Shown one piece after another: positions 1-7,658 of a DNA stretch of 53,634 nucleotides. The notes beneath the pieces are model-generated. The model worked only from the letters and a program-made list of their open reading frames with translations. It was not told where the DNA came from and searched no databases. The DNA comes from Candidatus Shapirobacteria bacterium. Its GTDB lineage: Bacteria > Patescibacteriota > Microgenomatia > 0-14-0-10-38-17. The position numbers and the translations under genes are program-made. The first letter of the stretch is position 1; each line of letters begins with the position of its first letter. The stretch spans positions 1 through 53,634 of the forward strand of contig JAGPNC010000004.1 in NCBI GenBank assembly GCA_018052565.1, written 5' to 3'.

Positions 1-306
1 TAAATAAGTTTAAAGCCAACCGTAGATCGTCCTGGCTAAAATACCATATTGTTTTGCCAAAAGGGAAGTCTTTTGCCCGGCTTTGACTTTAATAAAAATT
101 TCTCCCTTATTTCTTTAGGGATGGGTTCAAACATACAGGCATATCTGCACTCTCAGGCAAAGATTTAGTGTCTGATATACCGGAAACCTGTCAATAGGCA
201 ACCAACTCTTAGTCTACTATGGCGCCGCCGATCAGGTGATAGCGGTAGCTTCCGGCTCTTTTAAGAAATTAACCCAAAGTCTCAAGAAAGCGCTGGGAGG
301 AGAAGA

Positions 307-718
307 GTATTAAGTATCAAGTATAAAATAATCTCAAAGCTCAAGTCAGATAAACTCAGATGACAAATGTCAAATGGCATCCGCCAGCTGGCGGATTGCG
401 TTTTGTGATTTGAGTCCCTTGTGGTTGGGACATAATTCGTTATCATGACCCCACCAACGGCGAGGTAAGTTATTCTAATTATTCTAATTAACCTAATTAT
501 TATAAATAAATCCCAAATACCAAACCCCAATCCGCCCTAGGCGGATTATTTTTAGTTATTAGTTTGAGGATTGGAATTTCTTCGGGTCAATTAGAATAAT
601 TAGAGCAATTAGAATAATTTTTAACCTTTTTTTCGATCATAAATTTAATTTATGATAACGTTGAATTAAATTTACAATAGCAGTAAGAATTATATCCCGG
701 CCAATTAATACTTAATAC
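307..718. repeat. Composite palindromic MITE-like element, copy A (GTATTAAGTAT-type termini, nested hairpins)
   Basis: Starts GTATTAAGTATCAAGTAT (307-324) and ends AATACTTAATAC (707-718, its reverse complement). Inner inverted module 421-452 pairs with 652-702. Central AATTATTCTAATT / AATTAGAATAATT hairpin lies at about 468-622. The only ORF (282-530, minus) is low-complexity. Confidence 0.8.
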
Positions 719-2250
719 TATTCTTCCCCAAATACTTCTGCCGTATAGGAGAAAAGCTCCGTCTGGGGGTGGCGCCAACAGCCCGCCGGCAGACCGGCCT
801 TCTCAAGACAAAGCTGGTCTAAAAACTCTTCCCTCTCCCAGCCGGTTTCTTTGGCCACTTGAGGCAAGAAAGTCGCACTTCGATTGCCATATTTTAAATA
901 AACGCCGTGCTTGCCCATTTCGATTTCTTCAATCGAATTAATCTTTTGCAATGGCGATAAAACAGAAATTTCTATTTTTACTTTATCCAACTCCTCAGGA
1001 GTAAGGGGCGGAAAACGAGGATCATCAAAAGCGGCCGCCAGAGCCATTTTCTCCACCTTCTCCCAAAGAGGCTCATTGGCGGAAAAATCGCCAATACAAC
1101 CCCGTAGTTGGCCTTCTTCTTTTAAGGTTACAAAAACGCCCCGCTTTTGCGCCAACGCCGGGGTAGGAGGCGGTTGGTCAGGCACTTTTCCTTTTTCAAA
1201 ATAGCTCTCAAGCACCTGCCTTGCCCAGGAGAGAAGCATTCTTTTCCCTTCTTGGGAAAGTTCTCCTTGAGCTTTGTCTTCCCCGCTTTGGCTAATCAAC
1301 TTTGGCATCTTTAGCCAAAAAGCAATCGCGGCGTAGCCAACAGCCTGATCGGTCTGCCCGGTAATTTCCCCAGAATTAGTTAAGGAAAAAAGTTTTTGCT
1401 TTGCTGTCCCCAAAATTTGGCCCACCTTAAGCCCTACCCGAATAGCTTCTTCTCCACAAGCAAAAGTGGCCACCTGTGGATAAGTTCTTCCCAGCTCCTT
1501 AAGCGTTTTTAAAAAGAGCTCTTCTTTGCCGGAAAGAATCGCCGCCACCGTTTGCTCATCAACCGTCCGAGCCAAATCAGCCGGGGGATAGTGAGAAAGA
1601 TCAGAGGAAACCACCAAAAGAGTTTGCTCATTAAAAATATTGCTTATTTTTTGCGCTAATGACGCCAAAACATTCTCGTCTGTTTGGCCAAGCAGGATAG
1701 GGATAATTTTAAAGTTTTCCCCTAAAACTTTTTGCAAAAAAGGAAGCATCACCTCTAAACAATGCTCGTTTTGGTGAGGCAGGCGGTTAACCACAATCCC
1801 CGTCTCTTTATCTTCAAGACGGGTAATTTTTTCCCGATCCAGCGCCACCTTACCTAAGGGAGTCTGCCAAAAATCGCCGCCGTCAATGGCGGCGCCCAAA
1901 AAATAAACCTGGTGAGCCGGTCCCAAAAGAATCACGGTTTTAAAATTCCCCTCCCTCACTCTGGCAAAAGCCTGAGCCGCTACCGCCCCCGAATAAGGAT
2001 AGCCCGCGTGGGGGACAATCAAAAAATTAGGCGCTTTTTTTCCCTCCTTTAATGGCCCTGCTTTGGCCAAAAAAGACGCCACTTGCTCGGCCAGCGCTTC
2101 TTTCTCTGCCGGATAAAACTGACCAGCCACCGCCGGTTCTCTTATTAAAATTTTCTCCATTTTTTCTTTTGCCTTCAACGCCAAGGCTACTGCCAACACC
2201 ACCAATAATCCTACCAAAATCAAACTGCCAATGATTACCTTTTTCTTCAT
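718..2250 (-). CDS. Fusion protein: Memo-like (AmmeMemoRadiSam system protein B) + AMMECR1 (protein A), with N-terminal membrane anchor
   Basis: 510-aa ORF. The N-terminus is hydrophobic (MKKKVIIGSLILVGLLVVLAVALA). Memo-type motifs: REPAVAGQFYP, LIVPHAGYPYSG, SSDLSHY. AMMECR1-type C-terminal half: RGVFVTLKEEGQLRGCIG, DPRFPPL. Confidence 0.85.
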   Translation of the reverse strand: MKKKVIIGSLILVGLLVVLAVALALKAKEKMEKILIREPAVAGQFYPAEKEALAEQVASFLAKAGPLKEGKKAPNFLIVPHAGYPYSGAVAAQAFARVREGNFKTVILLGPAHQVYFLGAAIDGGDFWQTPLGKVALDREKITRLEDKETGIVVNRLPHQNEHCLEVMLPFLQKVLGENFKIIPILLGQTDENVLASLAQKISNIFNEQTLLVVSSDLSHYPPADLARTVDEQTVAAILSGKEELFLKTLKELGRTYPQVATFACGEEAIRVGLKVGQILGTAKQKLFSLTNSGEITGQTDQAVGYAAIAFWLKMPKLISQSGEDKAQGELSQEGKRMLLSWARQVLESYFEKGKVPDQPPPTPALAQKRGVFVTLKEEGQLRGCIGDFSANEPLWEKVEKMALAAAFDDPRFPPLTPEELDKVKIEISVLSPLQKINSIEEIEMGKHGVYLKYGNRSATFLPQVAKETGWEREEFLDQLCLEKAGLPAGCWRHPQTELFSYTAEVFGEE

Positions 2251-2288
2251 TAGCCTCTTGCTTTATTGTATAATATTAAGACAAAGAA

Positions 2289-2785
2289 AGTATCAAGTAT
2301 TAGGTATTAAGTATTAAGTATAAAAAAACAAAAAACAATTAGCTACAAGTTGTCTAAAAAAGCATAACAGTTATTGCTAAAAATGGAAAAACGAGAGCAA
2401 AAAATCAAATCATTCACAGACTTAGTCGCCTGGCAAGAAGCACATAAGTTGGCAATCTTAATCTATAAAGTGACTAAAAACTTTCCGAAAGAAGAAATTT
2501 ATGGTTTAACTAACCAAATCCGAAGAGCGGTAATTTCTATTTCTTCAAATATCGCCGAAGGATTTTCTCGCCAATCAAGGTTAGAAAAAAGGCAGTTTTA
2601 TTACCAAGCGTTGGGATCCTTAACCGAACTCCAAAATCAGCTCCTTTTAGCTAAAGATGTTGGGTATTTAAGCGAAGATAACTTTCAGGAAATTGCTAAT
2701 CAAACTGTCACCGTTAGCAAGTTAATAAATTCCCTTATTAAATTTGTCAGAAATACTTAATACCTAATACATAATACTTAATACT
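2289..2785. mobile_element. GTATTAAGTAT-bounded element, copy B, carrying a four-helix-bundle gene
   Basis: The 33-nt left end AGTATCAAGTATTAGGTATTAAGTATTAAGTAT (2289-2321) matches the reverse complement of 2753-2785 at about 29 of 33 positions. The single internal ORF has its stop codon inside the right repeat. Confidence 0.7.
2374..2760 (+). CDS. Four-helix-bundle protein (23S rRNA intervening-sequence protein / Avd-like family)
   Basis: 128 aa with family hallmarks: FTDLVAWQEAHKL, GLTNQIRRAVISISSNIAEGFSR, YQALGSLTELQNQLLLA. Confidence 0.85.
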   Translation: MLKMEKREQKIKSFTDLVAWQEAHKLAILIYKVTKNFPKEEIYGLTNQIRRAVISISSNIAEGFSRQSRLEKRQFYYQALGSLTELQNQLLLAKDVGYLSEDNFQEIANQTVTVSKLINSLIKFVRNT

Positions 2786-2789
2786 ACCC

Positions 2790-4865
2790 GTGGACAAGCG
2801 TTACCAACCCCAACTTGTTGAGGAAAAAATCTACCGGTTTTGGGAAGAGGAGGGATTCTTTACCCCCAAAATCGAAAAAGGGAAAAAGCCGTTTGTAATT
2901 ACCCTCCCGCCGCCGAATGTTACCGGCGGCCTTCATGCCGGCCACGCGATGTATGTAATCGAGGATATTATGACCCGTTATCACCGGATGAAAGGCGATC
3001 CCACTCTTTGGCTACCGGGTTTTGACCACGCCGCTATTGCCGTTGAATACTTAGTTAATCAAGAGCTAAAGAAAGAGGGCAAGACAAAGCAAGAAATCGG
3101 CCGGGGGGAATTTTTGCGCCGGGCTCAACAATTTGCCAACCAATCGCGCGACTATATCCGTCAGCAGCTCAAGCGATTAGGCTTTTCTCTCGACTGGTCG
3201 CGAGAAGCCTATACCATGGACGAAAAGCGCTCTTTAGCGGTAAAAACAGCTTTTAACAATCTTTACCAAAAAGGACTGATCTACAAGGGTGATTATCTGG
3301 TTAACTGGTGTCCGGACTGCCAAACAGTAATTTCTGACTTAGAAAATATTTATGAGGAAGAAAAAGGCGTTCTTTATTATCTTTCTTATGGCCCGATCAC
3401 CATTGCCACCACCCGGCCGGAAACCATTTTTGCCGATGTGGCCGTGGCCGTTCATCCCAAAGATTCCCGTTTTAAAAAACTGGTTGGCCAAAAAGTGCCC
3501 CTACCTTTAACCAACCGTTTAATCCCCGTTATCATCGACGAGGCGGTTGACCAAAAATTTGGCAGCGGTGCCCTAAAAATCACCCCTGCCCATGACCCTA
3601 CCGATTTTGAGGTTGGCCAACGCCACCGTCTTCCCGCTCCTAAGGCAGTTGACGAAAAAGGCTGTCTCACCAATCTGGCCGGTCCTTTCGCCGGATTAAA
3701 AGTAGACGAAGGAAGAAAAAGAGTGGTTGAAGCTTTGCGCCAAAAGGGATTTTTGAAAAAAGAGGAGCCAATTATTCACCAGGTCGGCCATTGCCAGCGT
3801 TGCGGTACTACTACTGAAACCACCATTTCCCAACAATGGTTTTTAAAAACCAAACCCTTAGCCCAAAGGGCGATTAAGGCTGTTAAAAGCGGCCAGGTAA
3901 AAATTATTCCCAAGCATTTTGAAAAAAGTTATTTCCACTGGCTTGAAAATATCCACGACTGGTGTATTTCCCGCCAGCTTTGGTGGGGCCATCCTCTCCC
4001 GGTTAAAGGTGAAACTGATGTTCTCGATACCTGGTTTTCTTCCTCGCTTTGGCCAATTTCTGTTTTTGGCTGGCCCAAAAAAACCACTGACTTAGCTTAT
4101 TTTTATCCTACCACTGTTCGCGAGACTGCTTACGACATTCTTTTTTTCTGGGTTGCCCGGGAGATGATGATTTGCCAGGAGCTCACCGGTAAATCTCCTT
4201 TTAAAATTATTTACCTTCACGGCCTAGTGCGCGATGAGAAGGGACGAAAATTTTCTAAAACTAAAAAAATCGGCTTTGATCCACTGGAGATAATAGAGCA
4301 ATATGGCGCTGATGCCTTACGCCTAGCCTTAGTTTACGGCACGAACGCTGGCCGCGATCTCTTAATCTCCGCCGATACTGATAGGGTTATCAGCATGCGC
4401 AATTTTACTAACAAAATCTGGAATGCCGCCCGATTCATTCTAATGAATCAAGAGGCTCAAGCCTCAAGCCCCAAGACTCAAGGCAAATTAGAAATTCTCG
4501 ATTTTAAATTCCAAAACAAAGACGATCGGCAGATACTTTCTTCCCTGAAAAAAACAACCAAAAGCGTTACTAAAAAGATGGAAAATTACCGTTTTGGCCA
4601 AGCCGCCGAAGAGCTTTATGGCTTTTTTTGGCATGAATTCTGCGATGTCTATCTTGAACAAGCCAAAAAAAGACTTTATGATGAGAGTGACCCCAAAGGG
4701 CGAAAAGAAACATTGATAGTTTTAACTTTTGTTTTAAAAGAAAGCCTGAAGCTGCTTCATCCTTTTATGCCTTATGTGACCGAGGAGATTTGGACTAACC
4801 AATTGAAAGAACCAAGGCCCTTAATTATTTCGTCCTGGCCAAGAAAGGTCACGGGAGGGCATTAA
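2790..4865 (+). CDS. valS: Valine--tRNA ligase (short form, no C-terminal coiled coil)
   Basis: GTG start. Motifs: PPPNVTGGLHAGHA (HIGH), TRPETIFADVAVAVHP and ITPAHDPTDFEVG (editing domain), DVLDTWFSS. The KMSKS position reads KFSKT. 691 aa. Confidence 0.9.
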   Translation: MDKRYQPQLVEEKIYRFWEEEGFFTPKIEKGKKPFVITLPPPNVTGGLHAGHAMYVIEDIMTRYHRMKGDPTLWLPGFDHAAIAVEYLVNQELKKEGKTKQEIGRGEFLRRAQQFANQSRDYIRQQLKRLGFSLDWSREAYTMDEKRSLAVKTAFNNLYQKGLIYKGDYLVNWCPDCQTVISDLENIYEEEKGVLYYLSYGPITIATTRPETIFADVAVAVHPKDSRFKKLVGQKVPLPLTNRLIPVIIDEAVDQKFGSGALKITPAHDPTDFEVGQRHRLPAPKAVDEKGCLTNLAGPFAGLKVDEGRKRVVEALRQKGFLKKEEPIIHQVGHCQRCGTTTETTISQQWFLKTKPLAQRAIKAVKSGQVKIIPKHFEKSYFHWLENIHDWCISRQLWWGHPLPVKGETDVLDTWFSSSLWPISVFGWPKKTTDLAYFYPTTVRETAYDILFFWVAREMMICQELTGKSPFKIIYLHGLVRDEKGRKFSKTKKIGFDPLEIIEQYGADALRLALVYGTNAGRDLLISADTDRVISMRNFTNKIWNAARFILMNQEAQASSPKTQGKLEILDFKFQNKDDRQILSSLKKTTKSVTKKMENYRFGQAAEELYGFFWHEFCDVYLEQAKKRLYDESDPKGRKETLIVLTFVLKESLKLLHPFMPYVTEEIWTNQLKEPRPLIISSWPRKVTGGH

Positions 4866-4920
4866 ATATCAACTCATTTAGCAGTATTGATGAAGGAATA
4901 AATTATAAACACTAAGCTCT

Positions 4921-5052
4921 AAGTCAAAAATTAAAATTTAAAAGTTAAAATTGCAAGTTAAAATTAAAAATTTTGAATTTTTCATTGGACTTTTGACTTT
5001 TTTCGCCAGAGGCGCACCCGCCTTGGGCGGGAACTTTTGACTTTTAACTTTC
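4921..5052. repeat. AAAGT-word hairpin element, copy 1, with embedded GC hairpin
   Basis: Left arm AAGTCAAAAATTAAAATTTAAAAGTTAAAATTG pairs with right arm CTTTTGACTTTT...ACTTTTGACTTTTAACTTT. A GC insert CGCCAGAGGCGCACCCGCCTTGGGCGGGAAC interrupts the right arm. An SD and ATG at 5075 follow directly. Confidence 0.75.
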
Positions 5053-5074
5053 TTAATAAAGGGGGTGAAAAGCA

Positions 5075-5308
5075 ATGGAAAATCCTTTAAAAGAAATCAT
5101 TAGAAACGCTACCTTTTTAGCCGTTATTCAGGGGTTCCTTTTTATTATTTTAGGGGTTATCAGCTTTATCCACCCCAAGGTTCTTGTGGCCTTAGCGGCG
5201 GCAGCATTTTTAGCCACAGGGATCGTTTCTCTTTACTACGGCTGGCGTATTAGAAACTTTTCTAAAAAAGCGGAAAAGTTTTGGAAAAAATTTGGCGGCG
5301 AGGAATAA
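5075..5308 (+). CDS. Small membrane protein (2 predicted TM helices), function unknown
   Basis: 77-aa ORF with two hydrophobic stretches. SD-like GGGGGTGA lies 8 nt upstream of the ATG. Confidence 0.55.
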   Translation: MENPLKEIIRNATFLAVIQGFLFIILGVISFIHPKVLVALAAAAFLATGIVSLYYGWRIRNFSKKAEKFWKKFGGEE

Positions 5309-5315
5309 AAAAAGC

Positions 5316-6188
5316 TTAGAGATTCAAAAGCCTGCCAAGAGCAAGAGGAATTTCGCCCACTAAGTCATCGGCGTTAAAAAAAGGGCCTACCTTTTGATAA
5401 AGTTGGTGGGCGGCCATCTTGGAAATAAAAAGAGCGGTCGCGGCGGCCTCAAGAGAAGGTTTTTGCCCAGCAAGAGCTACAGCCAACCCCGCCAAAGCGT
5501 CACCCATGCCGCCTTTTTCTAATCCCTCGTTGCCGGGGCCAACCACCAAACAAGTTGTGCCGTCGGTCACCAGCGAATAATCTTCTTTAGTCAAAAGAAT
5601 CGCCGCGTGTTTTTGCGCTAAGGAAACCAATATTTTTTCTTTTTCCGCTGTTGACTTTTTTTCCAAATCTACCCCAAAAAGAAGCCGGTATTCTTCAAAA
5701 TTTAGCGTTAAAATCGCGCCGGACGGAATAAATTTTTCCTCCATCACCTGAAGCGAACCGGCATCAATCACCCATTGCTTTTGGGGAAATTGGGACAAGA
5801 GACCTTCGGTAATCTTCTTGGTTAATCTTCCCGCCTCATCGTCAAAGCGTTTTCTCTCATATTTTTTGCTCTCTTTTTCTCTTCCAAAACGCATCAGGCC
5901 CGGCCCGATTAAAACAGCCGTTGATTTTTTAATATAATCATTAACTTCCCCAAGAGGGACCCAAATAAAGGAAAAAAGCCGGCTTTTAATTTTAGCCGCC
6001 ACTTCTCCCACTTCGGGCTCGGGGGAATAGAAAAAAACCATCTGGTTTAATCGCGAGGCAACTTTTAGCGCCAAAAGAGGAGCGCCATGGAAAAGACGAG
6101 AGCCCCCAATAATAGTGGTTTGGCTTTTTAAAAATTCTTTCCGCCCAAGAAAAGCCCTTGCTTGTTCTTCCCCAAATTCTTCTGCCAT
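5316..6188 (-). CDS. NAD(P)H-hydrate dehydratase-like carbohydrate kinase (YjeF C-terminal family)
   Basis: Motifs: GGSRLFHGAPLLALKVASR, LIGPGL, GGMGDALAGLAVAL. The track ORF extends to 6248, but its first 20 codons read through the GTATTAAGTAT repeat. MAEEFGEEQ at 6188 is the more plausible start. Confidence 0.75.
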   Translation of the reverse strand: MAEEFGEEQARAFLGRKEFLKSQTTIIGGSRLFHGAPLLALKVASRLNQMVFFYSPEPEVGEVAAKIKSRLFSFIWVPLGEVNDYIKKSTAVLIGPGLMRFGREKESKKYERKRFDDEAGRLTKKITEGLLSQFPQKQWVIDAGSLQVMEEKFIPSGAILTLNFEEYRLLFGVDLEKKSTAEKEKILVSLAQKHAAILLTKEDYSLVTDGTTCLVVGPGNEGLEKGGMGDALAGLAVALAGQKPSLEAAATALFISKMAAHQLYQKVGPFFNADDLVGEIPLALGRLLNL

Positions 6189-6223
6189 TGCTTTTAGTAT
6201 AACACCCAGGGGGGTAATAGATA

Positions 6224-6297
6224 GTATTAAGTATTGCGTATTAAGCAAAATTCAAAAGTTAAAAGTTTTTTACTTTTGAATTTTGACTTTTAACTTT
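6224..6297. repeat. Partial GTATTAAGTAT word block plus short AAAGT-word hairpin
   Basis: GTATTAAGTATTGCGTATTAAG (6224-6245) is followed by the palindrome AAAATTCAAAAGTTAAAAGTTTTTTACTTTTGAATTTTGACTTTTAACTTTT. Confidence 0.7.
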
Positions 6298-6356
6298 TTT
6301 TATACTTGCTGCTTGACACTATTTCCCAAAACGCCCTAATGATAAAATTATCATGT

Positions 6357-6932
6357 ATGGCAAAAGAGGAAAAGAAAGAAAAGGGGGCTCAGCTCGCATT
6401 ATTACCGCATTATTACCGCATTATTACCGAAAACTTTATTAAAAAGCCTATTTTCCCGAGCGTTTTGCTTTTGGCGCTTTTCGTAATTTCTTTCTCTCTT
6501 GCTCCTCGAGGTCGCTTCTATGAAGCAAAAAGGGAAATAATCCGAAATCCTCAGAATTTCTCTGCCCATTTGGTTTTGCTTGATGAACTTATCTTGGCAG
6601 GCGAATTTGAGAAAGCCGAGAAAGAAATTAGTTTTTTGGAAGAAAATTATTTTAAGCTGAAAGAAGAAGAAAGGGAGCGGTTTTGGCAGAAAAACCTTGC
6701 TTTTTGGGAAGAAAATCCGACGAGGCAAGAAAAGTTAATCGAAAATTGGCAAAAATTTTTAGAAAAAAATCCGGATTATAAAATGGGGTGGCTGACGCTT
6801 GCTTATTACCAGCAAAAAGCAACCAAAGAAGATGAGGTAAAATTTTCACTTCAAAAAGCCTACGAACTTGATCCGGGGCTTCCTCTTGATTATCCCTCTT
6901 TATTTTCTTCTTTTTCTTCCTCCGATTTTTGA
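6357..6932 (+). CDS. Membrane-anchored TPR-like protein, function unknown
   Basis: The ORF is open from 6306; ATG at 6357 (MAKEEKK) was chosen as start. It has one TM segment, then helical repeat-like sequence (WLTLAYYQQKATKEDEVKFSLQKAYELDP). The 3' end overlaps convergent rplY by 43 nt. Confidence 0.5.
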   Translation: MAKEEKKEKGAQLALLPHYYRIITENFIKKPIFPSVLLLALFVISFSLAPRGRFYEAKREIIRNPQNFSAHLVLLDELILAGEFEKAEKEISFLEENYFKLKEEERERFWQKNLAFWEENPTRQEKLIENWQKFLEKNPDYKMGWLTLAYYQQKATKEDEVKFSLQKAYELDPGLPLDYPSLFSSFSSSDF

Positions 6933-7585
6933 GTCGCCGAGGCTTCCCCTGCCGCGAGATCGCTACCAGCCCCTTCTCCTTCTGTGGAAGCAGCTTCTGG
7001 CGCCGCCGGCGCTACCTCTTCCTCCTTGGCCTTAGAATTAATAATCGCCACTACCTCTTCTTGATCTGTCTTAACCGCCACTCCCTTAGGCACCTTAAGA
7101 TCTGCAACTCGCACGGCCGCATCAACTTTATCTAAAGAAGAAATATCTACTTCTAGGTGGTCTGGCAAATCCGCTGGCAGCGCTTCCACCTCTACCTCAG
7201 CTAGTGGCTGAACCAAAACCCCCTCATCGCGCATTACCGCCGGCGCTTCACCCACCAAATGAATTGGCACCGCCACCGTCACTTTCTCCTCCAAATTAAC
7301 CTGATGGAAATCAACATGAAGAGGCTGATCGCTCACCGGTTCAATTTGCACATTACCTACCAAAACCGGTCGAACTTCCCCCTCATTAATTGCCAAATCG
7401 ATTAAACCCGTTTCGCCCACCTTTTCAAAAACCTTTAAGAATTCTTTAAGATTAACCTGCAGGCTTTGCGATTTAATTCCCTTACCAAAAAGATTAGCCG
7501 GCAAAATTCCTTCTCGCCGCAACTTTTTAACCTTACGACCGGTAATCTCTCTTTTCTCGGCATTTAATTTCTCCCTTTTGACCAT
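6890..7585 (-). CDS. rplY: 50S ribosomal protein L25 / Ctc family with acidic C-terminal tail
   Basis: REITGRKVKKLRREGILPANLFGKG at the N-terminus, then the Ctc-type beta domain and a long E/A-rich tail. Confidence 0.85.
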   Translation of the reverse strand: MVKREKLNAEKREITGRKVKKLRREGILPANLFGKGIKSQSLQVNLKEFLKVFEKVGETGLIDLAINEGEVRPVLVGNVQIEPVSDQPLHVDFHQVNLEEKVTVAVPIHLVGEAPAVMRDEGVLVQPLAEVEVEALPADLPDHLEVDISSLDKVDAAVRVADLKVPKGVAVKTDQEEVVAIINSKAKEEEVAPAAPEAASTEGEGAGSDLAAGEASATQKSEEEKEENKEG

Positions 7586-7658
7586 ATCTTCAATTTTACC
7601 AAAAGCAGCCCAAAAAGCAATGGGAAAGTGTTAAAATAGCATCATCATCAAAAAAAAT

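Noticed and set aside
1-306. Short coding remnants at the window start: a minus-strand HTH-like peptide (KAGQKTSLLAKQYGILARTIYGWL) at about 20-125, and a plus-strand 45-codon open frame ending at the TAA inside the repeat word at 311-313
   Set aside because: Both are under 50 codons, bounded by stops and without start codons. They may be IS or gene relics, but that cannot be supported from this sequence alone.
282-530. 82-aa ORF on the minus strand
   Set aside because: It lies entirely inside repeat element A. The peptide is low-complexity (IIIRLIRIIRI) and reflects the AATTAGAATAATT words. There is no RBS.
2374-2760. Four-helix-bundle gene as the Avd component of a diversity-generating retroelement
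   Set aside because: No reverse-transcriptase ORF (no YxDD-type motif) was seen anywhere in the window. I found no template/variable repeat pair.
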